Of a stretch of DNA of 64,000 nt, positions 43,797 to 52,967 are shown one piece after another. The translations under genes and the position numbers were made by a program. The DNA is from Bradymonadia bacterium (lineage in GTDB: Bacteria > Myxococcota_A > Bradymonadia > UBA7976 > UBA1532): NCBI GenBank assembly GCA_046290225.1, contig JBKAGE010000078.1, forward strand, positions 352,001 to 416,000, written 5' to 3'. Positions within the stretch are counted from its first letter, which is position 1, and the number at the start of each line of letters is the position of its first letter. Under the pieces are notes generated by a model. That model did not search any database. It worked only from the letters and a program-made list of their open reading frames with translations, and was not told where the DNA came from.

Positions 43797-44599
43797 AGCC
43801 CGAACCCCATCTGCTCCACCTTGCCCAACGTGCGGCGCACATGCTCTCGCGCCTCGTCGGGCAGATCAGGTCGACCGAGCATCCAACGCAGGTACTCGTG
43901 CTCAGCGTCGACGAGACGAGTACCCACGTGCTTGCCCAGGCCGAGCCTGAGCGTGCCGTCCTTGCGATCTTCGTAGAGGTAACGACCGAAACGCTCCATC
44001 TCGGCGTCCAGGTCACGCTGAATCTGTGCCTGTCGGGCAAAGGCCTCGTCGACATCGTCAGGCAAAATGCCCGCAGCCAGCATGCCCATGAGCAGCAGCC
44101 CCGTGGCGTAGGAGTCGGCGTCGGCGCTGTGGGCGCGATCTTCCGGCAGCTTGATGCCATAGAGTTCGCACACAGTGCCCAGCTTCAAGGTGCGCTCTCC
44201 ACGGTGATCCCACCGGGCCCACAGGAACGGATCGAGAATCGGAGGCAGTCGCCACTCGATGCCGTGGCGATCATTCTCGGCATGGATGATGGCGGCATCG
44301 AAGAAGATGGCGTTGTAACCGCACAACACCGGCTTTACCTCGTCGAGATGAGCCTTGAGACGGCCAGCCACCTCGGGCCACTTTGGGGCGTTGGCTACAT
44401 CTTCGGCCCGAATACCGTGCACGGTGATGGCCCCTGCGGAGATGTACTGGCCAGGGTTCACTGGGGTCCGCTGCAAGGGCCCCCAAGGTTGGCCCCGAAA
44501 CACATAAGCGCCTCCGAGCTCGATGATGCGGTCGAACTCCACCTTGGGGCCGGTGGTCTCGGTGTCGATGGCCAGGATCAACGAATCTGACAAACGCAT
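43793..44599 (-). CDS. DEDDh 3'-5' exonuclease (DnaQ/ExoX-like)
   Basis: IDTETTG, GYNAIFFD, AHSADAD and a C-terminal LGKHVG...YLRWM module. Confidence 0.88.
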   Translation of the reverse strand: MRLSDSLILAIDTETTGPKVEFDRIIELGGAYVFRGQPWGPLQRTPVNPGQYISAGAITVHGIRAEDVANAPKWPEVAGRLKAHLDEVKPVLCGYNAIFFDAAIIHAENDRHGIEWRLPPILDPFLWARWDHRGERTLKLGTVCELYGIKLPEDRAHSADADSYATGLLLMGMLAAGILPDDVDEAFARQAQIQRDLDAEMERFGRYLYEDRKDGTLRLGLGKHVGTRLVDAEHEYLRWMLGRPDLPDEAREHVRRTLGKVEQMGFGL

Positions 44600-44677
44600 G
44601 CACAACCCTTCGCCGGGGAAACTGCGGGTCGGAGAGCATACGGAGAAGCGCTCACTGTGTGAAGAGGCTCACGCCTC

Positions 44678-46807
44678 TCAGGGGCAGGCATCACCCCCAG
44701 CGATGGTGAACCTGATCAGATAGCCAGTGCTCCCCTGCCAGCTCGTCTGCCCGCCGACGACGAAGCCACCATCGCACCCAGGCCTGAAGGCTGCGTCATA
44801 GAGGTAGGTGTTGCTGTCAGCGTTGTACGGCGGATCTTCCCAGCCAGGGACTGAGACGTCGATCATCTCGCACACCAGGGCATCACACCGATACAGGTCG
44901 TGGCGATACTCGATCACGGTGCCCCGCAGAGGGTTCACGCCACTGCGGCCGAGAATCAAGGCCCGACGCCCGTTGGGCTGGAAGGCGACGCCGTAGATGC
45001 CCTGACGGGAGAACCGGGGGGCATCACCGTACGCATTGAGCTGCCCACCCTCGAATCGGTAGACCGCGCGGCCCGACCAGCTGACCACCAGGGCGTAGTC
45101 TCCACCAGGCCAGCGGGCCACTCGAGACGTGTTCCCGAGGTTGTTGTTTCCAGGGTTCACCCGCCACTCTCCCACCCCACCGATGACGGCATAGAACAGG
45201 GTCTCGGCGCCGTTCTCCCCACAGGCCACGAAGACGCCGGTGCCACCAAACTCGTCGGGGGCGAAGGCGATGTCGTCACACCCGGTGCCTGAGAACTGCG
45301 CGGGGGCCTGCCCCACGAACTCACCGAGGCCTTCTGGGCCGCCGAAGGGATCGAAAGACCACAAGAAGGCGGTCCGCGCGCCTGAGTTCCCACCTCGGCC
45401 CAAGATGACGGGGTGCGCCCAGTTGTCGTCTGCCCAGGGGGGCATCTCCACTGCTTCGAAGGTGATCCCAGGCAGGCGGCCCACTTCGCTCACCGCAGGC
45501 AGGCCTGCTTGCCAGAGCAGATGATCGAACCAGAACACCACCCCGGCGGGGGCGTCGTCGACGGCCCCGACGATGAGCGCCCCTCGGCCGTCTCGGGTGA
45601 AGTTCACGTCTCTCAGACGCAGCCCACCACCAAGGGCCACAGGGGTGGCCTGGCCCGTCGCCCAATCCACGACGAAGAGCCGATCGTTCCGCTCAAGCGT
45701 GATGGCGTATTCACCCTGCGGGTGGAACGCGATCTGGTGCAGCTCGTCGAGGCCACCCACCGGCAGGCGATCGTAGACATAAGCGCCTGGGGGAGGCGTG
45801 GGCTGCTCCACGAAGGCGTCCGGTACGCTGAAGTCGGGCACCCCCTCGTCAGGGATCTCGGCGTCGGGGATTTCGAAGTCCGGGATCTCCATGTCGGGGA
45901 TCTCCATGTCGGGGATCTCTACATCAGGTACTTCTGCATCTGGTACCTCTGCATCTGGAACCTCCATGTCGGGGATCTCCGCATCGGGCACCGCGATGTC
46001 CGGGATGTCTGCATCCGGTACCAAAACATCAGGCAGCTCAGCATCCGGGATCTCCATGTCAGGGATCTCTACATCCGGGATCTGGGCATCAGGGATTGCC
46101 GCATCGGGCACCTCGGCATCCGGTACCTCACGATCGGGCACCTCGGCATCTGGAATCTCCATGTCGGGGATCTCAGCGTCGGGGCCAGTGGAGGAGGCAT
46201 CAGGCACCAACATGTCGATCATCGACGCGTCGGGCACCTGTACATCTAGCAACTCTGCGTCGGGTACATCGGCGTCAGGAGACGAAGCATCGGGTGCCTG
46301 CATGTCCGGTACGGGTCGAGCGTCAGGCACGCCTTCGTCGAGCAGCTCAGCGTCCTCGACAGCGGCATCGAGGACCTGATTCGGCCGCTCTGGCTGGCAC
46401 AACCCATCGAGACATGCCTCTCCGAGCAGGCAGTCGTCGGCCCCGTCACATGACCGACCGCCCAGAGGCACACAGATGCGCAATTGTGGATCACAGGCCT
46501 GGTCTTGTGGGCAGTCCCGATTGCGGCTGCAGGCGATCGACGCGTCACTCTGACACTCACCCACTCCGCAGTCGCGATCCGGATCGAGAGCAGGGGCTAC
46601 AGTGCAGGTGCCCTCGACGCAGGTGGCGCCCCGTGGACAGTCCGTACTGGTGGTACAGCTCCCACACCCACCGTCGCTGCACCGCGGGCCCGCTGTTCCG
46701 CCACCTCCGTCACCGTCAGCGCACCCTCCGAGGAGCATCACCAGCGCACACAGAGCGGCCCTGGCCCAGGCCATGCCTCTCACAATCGATGCCAATGATG
46801 CGTTCAC
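44678..46807 (-). CDS. Lipoprotein with Cys-rich repeats, PDxE(I/V) pentapeptide stalk and C-terminal beta-propeller-like domain
   Basis: Lipobox LLGGC. The start is uncertain (GTG 46807 or ATG 46774). IAFHPQG / VAFQPNG / AAFRPG blades. Confidence 0.78.
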   Translation of the reverse strand: MNASLASIVRGMAWARAALCALVMLLGGCADGDGGGGTAGPRCSDGGCGSCTTSTDCPRGATCVEGTCTVAPALDPDRDCGVGECQSDASIACSRNRDCPQDQACDPQLRICVPLGGRSCDGADDCLLGEACLDGLCQPERPNQVLDAAVEDAELLDEGVPDARPVPDMQAPDASSPDADVPDAELLDVQVPDASMIDMLVPDASSTGPDAEIPDMEIPDAEVPDREVPDAEVPDAAIPDAQIPDVEIPDMEIPDAELPDVLVPDADIPDIAVPDAEIPDMEVPDAEVPDAEVPDVEIPDMEIPDMEIPDFEIPDAEIPDEGVPDFSVPDAFVEQPTPPPGAYVYDRLPVGGLDELHQIAFHPQGEYAITLERNDRLFVVDWATGQATPVALGGGLRLRDVNFTRDGRGALIVGAVDDAPAGVVFWFDHLLWQAGLPAVSEVGRLPGITFEAVEMPPWADDNWAHPVILGRGGNSGARTAFLWSFDPFGGPEGLGEFVGQAPAQFSGTGCDDIAFAPDEFGGTGVFVACGENGAETLFYAVIGGVGEWRVNPGNNNLGNTSRVARWPGGDYALVVSWSGRAVYRFEGGQLNAYGDAPRFSRQGIYGVAFQPNGRRALILGRSGVNPLRGTVIEYRHDLYRCDALVCEMIDVSVPGWEDPPYNADSNTYLYDAAFRPGCDGGFVVGGQTSWQGSTGYLIRFTIAGGDACP
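45820..46340 (-). repeat. Intragenic 15-bp tandem repeat encoding PD(A/M/V)E(I/V)
   Basis: Recurrent gggatctccatgtc / gggatctc on the + strand; about 30 pentapeptide units in the translation. Confidence 0.88.
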
Positions 46808-47029
46808 AGATCTCTCCCAGGCACATCTTCTTCGGGGGCAGCCCATCGCGTCGCCCCTTCGTTCCACCGCACAACCCCGAGGGTCAGCAGTCGGCAACAT
46901 ATCAAGCCCACCACGTCGCAGGCGAGCCCCAGCCTGCCCACGGTACGGCGAAGCCAACTGCCTGCTCTTGCCTGCCCTCGATTGCTGGCGCAGGATAGGC
47001 CTCCTCACTCGCCATGTGGAGCGACTTGC

Positions 47030-48649
47030 GTGCGGCCTCTCTCTCGTCTAGCAGCCCTTGCCCCTCTCTCTGCCCTCTCGCTGGGCGTCGGACTCACTCT
47101 GGGTTTGAGCACCCTCACGAGTACAGGCTGTGGAGGTGGCCCATCGGTCCGCTCGGCCACGACAGAGACTGCAGCAGAGGCCCTGGAGTGGTTCAGGACG
47201 CTGGACGCGCGGTATGAAGCCTTCCGCCAGCCCATCGCCGCCTTCCGCTGGCGCCAGCTCGGTGGACCTGACGAGGGCGCGGCGCCGAACTTCGCCGAAG
47301 CGAAGAAGGCAGAGGCGAACTTCCTCAATGACGCCGAGCTTGATCTGCGCCTCGCCGCTCTGGAGAAACACAAGGCCCCAGCCATCGCCGCGCTCGCCCG
47401 GGCGTGGCGCCAGCTCAGGCAACGCTATGGTGTGCTCGACGCCCCCAGCGTGCGGGCCTTGCAAACCCGCCTGGATCACGCCCTCGCTGGTCCCCCTGGC
47501 AGCGTCTCTGCTGATCGGGGCGAGCGATGGTTGAGCGCCGGCGCTGACGCCAAAGGCCGCACCGACGCCCTGAGGGCCATCGCCAAGCGCACCGCAGCGG
47601 CTCTACCGTTACTCATCGAGCGGGCGCGGCGGCTCGACACCATCGCCCGAAATCGCGGCACCCGCGACTACCCCGATCTCGCCACAGGCCTGCCTCTCAA
47701 GGGGGCGCTCTCTGGCATCGAGCAGCAGTGCAGCCTCAACCTCGGTCAGACGCAAGCAGCCTGGCGCGCCCTGATGACCCGCGGCGCGGCCAAGCTGGGG
47801 CGCCAACCCCACGAGGGGGACTTTCAGTCGCTGACGGAGTCCTGGCTCGGCGAGACCAGCTCGTGGATGACCCAGCAAGCCGTTCACGAGGCCCTCGGCA
47901 ATACACTCACCACTTGGGGGTTGATGCGAGGGCCGTTGCCCTCGGCGGTGGAAGCACAGGGACAAGGGCCCGAGGGTGCTCGAGTCGTGGCAGTGGCCGC
48001 TCCCAACGACGTGCGCATCATCGGGCGCTTTCCTGATGGCTACCTCGGCGCCCGGGCGTGGGCTCGGGGCATGGCCCGGGTGGTGTACGCCCGGACCATC
48101 GACCAGCAACACCAGCCCTATCGGCAACTGCCCCACAGCGAGGCCCTCGTCGAGGGCTTCTCCAACCTCGTGGCCAGCCTGCTGAGAGATCCCCAGTGGC
48201 TTCGGCAGGCTTTTCCCACGGTGGATCCCGGCCTGATTCAGGGGCACCTCGATGCGGTGGCAGCATACGAAGCCTGGTCGCTGCGCCAGACGTGCCTGCT
48301 CGCCCGTCTGGAGCTCGAAGCCCACACTGATCGCGATCTCGTGACCCGACACCGGCAGATCTTCGATGAGAGCTTCGGTCAGCTGCCCATGGCACCGCCA
48401 GCCTGGCTCTCTCCTGCCCTCATGCGGCAGCCCCTCGCGGCTTGGTCTCAGGTCGTCGGGCGCCATGTGGGCGACGTGCTGCTCAGCCGCGTGGGCGATC
48501 GCCCCATGGCAGACGCCGACGTCGGCCGGTGGTTGCGACTCGGGTTGCTGTCCAAGGGCAACCGGCTCACCCTCACTCAGGTCCTCGATCCCAAGGTCAG
48601 CCCCACACTTCAGCAATGGCTGACCATCCAGAGTACGACTGGCAGCTGA
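47030..48649 (+). CDS. Lipoprotein resembling an M3/M2 gluzincin fold but lacking HExxH
   Basis: Lipobox TSTGC. PNDVRI...GYLGARAWARGMARVVY...EALVEGFSNLVASLLRDPQWL parallels the gluzincin motif spacing. Confidence 0.6.
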   Translation: MRPLSRLAALAPLSALSLGVGLTLGLSTLTSTGCGGGPSVRSATTETAAEALEWFRTLDARYEAFRQPIAAFRWRQLGGPDEGAAPNFAEAKKAEANFLNDAELDLRLAALEKHKAPAIAALARAWRQLRQRYGVLDAPSVRALQTRLDHALAGPPGSVSADRGERWLSAGADAKGRTDALRAIAKRTAAALPLLIERARRLDTIARNRGTRDYPDLATGLPLKGALSGIEQQCSLNLGQTQAAWRALMTRGAAKLGRQPHEGDFQSLTESWLGETSSWMTQQAVHEALGNTLTTWGLMRGPLPSAVEAQGQGPEGARVVAVAAPNDVRIIGRFPDGYLGARAWARGMARVVYARTIDQQHQPYRQLPHSEALVEGFSNLVASLLRDPQWLRQAFPTVDPGLIQGHLDAVAAYEAWSLRQTCLLARLELEAHTDRDLVTRHRQIFDESFGQLPMAPPAWLSPALMRQPLAAWSQVVGRHVGDVLLSRVGDRPMADADVGRWLRLGLLSKGNRLTLTQVLDPKVSPTLQQWLTIQSTTGS

Positions 48650-48750
48650 GCCCACAGCGCCCTCGTCATGGGCCACCCCATTTCGAACTTCTTGATTCCC
48701 CAGAGCCTGCGGCTTACCCATGGGCCGAGAAACCACACGAAAAGGAGTCG

Positions 48751-50604
48751 ATGATGACGACCCAGACTACAACTACGACCGACGCCGACGCCCTCTACGC
48801 CATCCGCCACAGCCTGAGCCACATCATGGCCCAGGCGGTGCTGCAGATTCGGCCAGGGTCTACCCTGGGCTTCGGGCCACCGATTGATGACGGGTTCTAT
48901 TACGACTTCATCTTGTCGTCTCCGATCACCGAGGAAGACTTCCCGGAGATCGAGAAGAAGATGAAGCACATCATCAAGCAGAACCAGGCCTTCGAGCGCG
49001 AGGAGCTGCCTGCTGAAGAGGCTCTGGCCCGCATCAACGAGATGAACGAGCCCTACAAGATGGAGTACGCCCAGGAGCTGCTCGAGAAGAAGGGCCTCGA
49101 CGGCCTCACGTTCTACCGCAACGGGCCTTTCCTCGACATGTGTGACGGCCCCCACGTGGAGAAGACCCGAGAGCTCGCCAAGGCTGGGTACAAGCTGCGC
49201 TCGGTGGCCGGTGCCTACTGGCGGGGCGACTCGAAGAACGTGATGATGACCCGCATCTACGCCTGGGCCTTCGCCGATCGCGAGACCCTCAACACCCACG
49301 TGAAAGCGTACAAAGAAGCCCAGGCGCGAGATCACAAGAAGCTGGGCAAGAGCCTCGACATCTTCGTCATCGACGACGAGATCGGGAAGGGCCTGCCCCT
49401 GTGGCTGCCCAACGGCACCGTGATCCGCGATCAGCTCGAGGCCCTCGCTCGGGAGCTGGAGTTCAAGGCGGGCTACCAGCGGGTGGTGACCCCCCACCTG
49501 ACCAAGGCCAGCCTGTACTACAAGACCGGCCACCTGCCCTACTACACCGACTCCATGTACCCCATGATGGAGCTCAAGGAGACGGTGGAGACTGACGACG
49601 GCGGCACGGAGCAAGTGGTGAAGGAGCAATACATGCTCCGGCCCATGAACTGCCCGCACCACCACCGCGTGTACGCGTCTCGCAAGCGCAGCTACCGCGA
49701 TCTGCCCGTTCGCCTGGCAGAGTACGGCACCGTGTACCGCTTCGAGGACTCCGGGGCGCTCTCCGGCATGCTCCGGGTACGTGGGATGAGCATGAACGAC
49801 GCCCACATCTACTGCACCGCCGATCAGATCCATCAGGAGTTCCTCGGGGTGATGGAGATGCACCGCGAGGCCTACAGCATCCTCGGGCTGAGCGACTATC
49901 ACATGCGCTTCTCCACCTGGGATCCGGAGGATCCCAAGGGCAAGCAGAAGTTCATCGACGATCCGGAGGGCTGGGCCATGGCTCAGCGTCTGGTCCAGGA
50001 GGCCATGGACGCCTCGGGTCTCCCCTACGTCGAGGGCAAGGGCGAGGCGGCCTTCTACGGCCCCAAGGTGGACTTCCAGTTCCGCACGGTGACCGGCCGT
50101 GAGGAGACGGCGAGCACCAACCAGCTCGACTTCGGCGTCGCCGGTCGCCTGGGCCTCACCTACACCGACTCCGACGGCACCGAGAAGACCCCCTACATCA
50201 TCCACCGGGCCCCTCTGGGCACCCACGAGCGCTTTGTGGCCTTCTTGATCGAGCACTACGGGGGCGCCTTCCCCACCTGGCTATCTCCGGTCCAGGTGCA
50301 GATCGTCCCCGTGGCGGAGACCTTCGTCGAGTACGGCGAGAAGCTCGTGAGCGAGCTCCGCGGAGAGATGGTCCGGGCAGAGATCGACGCGGGCAACGAC
50401 ACCTTGAACAAGAAGGTGCGCAACGCGGTCACCCGCAAGATCCCGAACGTTCTGGTGGTGGGCGAGCGGGAGATGCTCGAGCAGTCGGTCACCCTGCGCC
50501 GCTACGGCAGCCGCGAGCAGGTCACCATGCCCTTCGCGGAGTTCAAGGCCCGGCTCCTGACCACCATCAAACGACGCACTCAGACCTTCGTCGACGAGGC
50601 CTGA
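48751..50604 (+). CDS. thrS: Threonine--tRNA ligase (lacks the N-terminal TGS domain)
   Basis: RHSLSHIMAQAV, DMCDGPH, RDHKKLG, RPMNCPHH, AFYGPKVD, IIHRAPLGTHERF; AAGGAG RBS. Confidence 0.97.
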   Translation: MMTTQTTTTTDADALYAIRHSLSHIMAQAVLQIRPGSTLGFGPPIDDGFYYDFILSSPITEEDFPEIEKKMKHIIKQNQAFEREELPAEEALARINEMNEPYKMEYAQELLEKKGLDGLTFYRNGPFLDMCDGPHVEKTRELAKAGYKLRSVAGAYWRGDSKNVMMTRIYAWAFADRETLNTHVKAYKEAQARDHKKLGKSLDIFVIDDEIGKGLPLWLPNGTVIRDQLEALARELEFKAGYQRVVTPHLTKASLYYKTGHLPYYTDSMYPMMELKETVETDDGGTEQVVKEQYMLRPMNCPHHHRVYASRKRSYRDLPVRLAEYGTVYRFEDSGALSGMLRVRGMSMNDAHIYCTADQIHQEFLGVMEMHREAYSILGLSDYHMRFSTWDPEDPKGKQKFIDDPEGWAMAQRLVQEAMDASGLPYVEGKGEAAFYGPKVDFQFRTVTGREETASTNQLDFGVAGRLGLTYTDSDGTEKTPYIIHRAPLGTHERFVAFLIEHYGGAFPTWLSPVQVQIVPVAETFVEYGEKLVSELRGEMVRAEIDAGNDTLNKKVRNAVTRKIPNVLVVGEREMLEQSVTLRRYGSREQVTMPFAEFKARLLTTIKRRTQTFVDEA

Positions 50605-50610
50605 GGCCAC

Positions 50611-50629
50611 GCGCCCTCTTCGGGGGCGC
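50611..50629 (+). terminator. GC hairpin just after the thrS stop
   Basis: GCGCCCTC-TTC-GGGGGCGC; no U-tract. Confidence 0.35.
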
Positions 50630-50667
50630 TCTCAACCCTTCGAGCCAGGTTGGCGGGAGGCGGGCGC

Positions 50668-51420
50668 ATGCTCTGGCGCATCATCAAGTGGTTCTTCATC
50701 CTCGTAGGGATCCTCGCCCTGCTGACCGTGGGCTTCGTGTACTGGCAGCTGCGCACCCTCAAGGAGGCGATGCGACAGGACCAGCCCCTGGCCATCGCCG
50801 CCGTCGAGGCCCCGCCAGATGCACGGCAGGCCCTCGTACAGAAGGCCATGGAAGAGGCCGCGTCGTCAGAGCACGTGATCAAGCTCTCCGGTGAGCACCT
50901 CACCTGGATCCTCTCCGCGGTGATCCGTCGGCCCGAGGTGCGTCAGGCCATCGAGCAGAACGGCGCTCAGATCTCCAGTCAGGTGCAGGACTTGCCCGTA
51001 GGCGACTTCGAGCACTTCCGCATCGAGAACTTCGATCTCGACCGCCTGAAGGTGAAGGTGAGCATCGAGGGTGACGTGCTCACCCTCGCGGGCACCATGC
51101 CCTACCGAAACGACGACAGTCACCTGAACCTCAGCATGTCCGCAGCAGGATCATGGCAGGCGGGGGCGGGGCAACTCGACCCCCGCACCCTCGTCATCGG
51201 CGATGAAGATCTCCTCGACGGCATGCTCACGGGGGGCACGCTCCGCACGGCCATCGAAGAGGCCGCAGAGCAGGGCTTTGCGTCCATCCCGCCTCATCAG
51301 GCGGCGGCGAGCCCCGTGGAGCGCGTGGAAGTCAAAGATGGCTTGCTGCAGCTCACCATGAAGCCCGGCACGACGCAGAAGGTGGGATTGGTGATGAGCC
51401 GCCTGCTCGGCGGGATGTAA
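50668..51420 (+). CDS. Hypothetical single-pass membrane protein
   Basis: GGAGG RBS, N-terminal TM (WFFILVGILALLTVGFVYW) and typical high-GC codon usage. Confidence 0.75.
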   Translation: MLWRIIKWFFILVGILALLTVGFVYWQLRTLKEAMRQDQPLAIAAVEAPPDARQALVQKAMEEAASSEHVIKLSGEHLTWILSAVIRRPEVRQAIEQNGAQISSQVQDLPVGDFEHFRIENFDLDRLKVKVSIEGDVLTLAGTMPYRNDDSHLNLSMSAAGSWQAGAGQLDPRTLVIGDEDLLDGMLTGGTLRTAIEEAAEQGFASIPPHQAAASPVERVEVKDGLLQLTMKPGTTQKVGLVMSRLLGGM

Positions 51421-51432
51421 GCCGAGAGCGTC

Positions 51433-52050
51433 TCAGCTCACGGACCAGCCTCGGGCGGCGAAGGGCCCCTCGACGAGGGCCTGCCAAATCTGACGCTGCA
51501 CCTCTTCGATGCTCTGTGATCCGTCAATGACCAGCCGGTAGGGTCGCTCGATGGCCCGAAAGATGGCCCCACAGCGGGTGAGATCAGCCTCTTGCTCGAA
51601 CAGGTTGGCCACGTCGCCCCTGCCCTTCACTCTGCCCAACCCCACCTTGGCGCCGATGTCGATGAGCACGAGCAGATCAGGTGCCGGCGCGAAGGCTTCG
51701 TTCTGGGCGAGGATGTCGTCTACATCGAGGCCACGGATGCCCTGATAGGCCGCCGTCGAGAAGTAGTATCGATCGAGGATCACCACCTCACCCGCAGCGA
51801 GAGCGGGGTTGATGAGGCCGTCGACGTGCTCTCGCCGGTCGAGGATGAAGGTCTCGAGCTCTTCCTCGGCGCTCAGGCGACCTGTAGAGGCCGACTCTCT
51901 TAGACGACGACCATGGGGCCCGTTGGTGGGCTCCTTCGAGAGCCTCACCGTCAGGCCTGCGGCCTCACAGGCGCTCTGGAGCAGCCCGGCCTGGGTGGTC
52001 TTGCCCCCGCCATCGATGCCTTCGAAGACGACGAGCACGCCCGGCGTCAC
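51433..52050 (-). CDS. tmk: Thymidylate kinase
   Basis: VFEGIDGGGKTTQ, KEPT, LDRYYFSTAAYQG. Confidence 0.95.
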   Translation of the reverse strand: MTPGVLVVFEGIDGGGKTTQAGLLQSACEAAGLTVRLSKEPTNGPHGRRLRESASTGRLSAEEELETFILDRREHVDGLINPALAAGEVVILDRYYFSTAAYQGIRGLDVDDILAQNEAFAPAPDLLVLIDIGAKVGLGRVKGRGDVANLFEQEADLTRCGAIFRAIERPYRLVIDGSQSIEEVQRQIWQALVEGPFAARGWSVS

Positions 52051-52895
52051 GACTTCACCCGTGCGAGGGGCTGGCCCATGCGGATGGGGCTGCCGTCGGG
52101 GCGCGGCTCGAGCACCAGATCGGGGTTCTCGAAGAGCACCACCGCCGTGGAGCCGAGGTGGAACACACCGAGCTCGGCGCCGCGGACCACCTCGGGGCTC
52201 GGGGTGTACGTCCGTACGGTGCCCTCGATGCTGGGGCGGTTGCTTTGGATCTCGTCATCGTAGGCCATGGACATATGACCCACTGAGGTGGCCCCCACCA
52301 TCACTGTGGCCACGAGACCGATGGGGCTCTCCACATAGGTGATCACCCGCTCGTTGATGCAGAACAGGTTGGGGATGTTCTCCACCGCGGGCCGGTTCAC
52401 GGGCCACAGCCGGCCAGGGATGTGGTTCGACTTCACGATGCGCCCCTCAACGGGGTGATGCACGCGGTGGTAGTCCCTGGGGCTCAGGTACACGGTGGCC
52501 CAGTGACCCTGACGGAACCGACGCCCCAATTCCACGTCGCCGAGCATCTCGGCAGCGGAGTAAGTGAACCCCTTCGCCTGAATCAGGTTGCCCTGGTTCA
52601 TCTTGCCACCATTGGCGAAGACCCCGTCTGCGGGCGACACCGCGCATTGGGGGGCCTGGTGGATCGGCCGGGCGCCGGGGCGCAGACGACGCGTGAAGAA
52701 TTCGCCGATGGACCGGTAGTGGTCGATGGGGTGCTCAGCCTCGTCGATGTTGATGTCGTAGGCTCTGGCGAAGGCCTTCACCGAGGCCTGGCCCAGGGGG
52801 CCAGGCAGGCGACTGTGGGCCAGCTGGCCTACTGTGCGGCTCAGGGCGTTCTTGGGCACGAGACCCAAGGCCCCCAGGTACAGCCGATCGTTCAC
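52047..52895 (-). CDS. psd: Phosphatidylserine decarboxylase proenzyme
   Basis: FFTRRL, SPADG, QAKG, YLSPRDYHRVH, NER and the LGST autocleavage motif. GTG 52895 follows CAGGAG. Confidence 0.93.
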   Translation of the reverse strand: MNDRLYLGALGLVPKNALSRTVGQLAHSRLPGPLGQASVKAFARAYDINIDEAEHPIDHYRSIGEFFTRRLRPGARPIHQAPQCAVSPADGVFANGGKMNQGNLIQAKGFTYSAAEMLGDVELGRRFRQGHWATVYLSPRDYHRVHHPVEGRIVKSNHIPGRLWPVNRPAVENIPNLFCINERVITYVESPIGLVATVMVGATSVGHMSMAYDDEIQSNRPSIEGTVRTYTPSPEVVRGAELGVFHLGSTAVVLFENPDLVLEPRPDGSPIRMGQPLARVKS

Positions 52896-52967
52896 GTTGG
52901 GCTCCTGAAGTGGGCCCCCGCGCTCGGGGGCCATTGACCTTTACACACTGCGTTTCCGCAGTGCGCT

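Noticed and set aside
48442..48754. Extended thrS N-terminus and a 28-aa uORF (48668-48754) whose stop overlaps the thrS start
   Set aside because: The extension overlaps the upstream gene, and a strong RBS precedes 48751. The uORF has no RBS and only two Thr codons.
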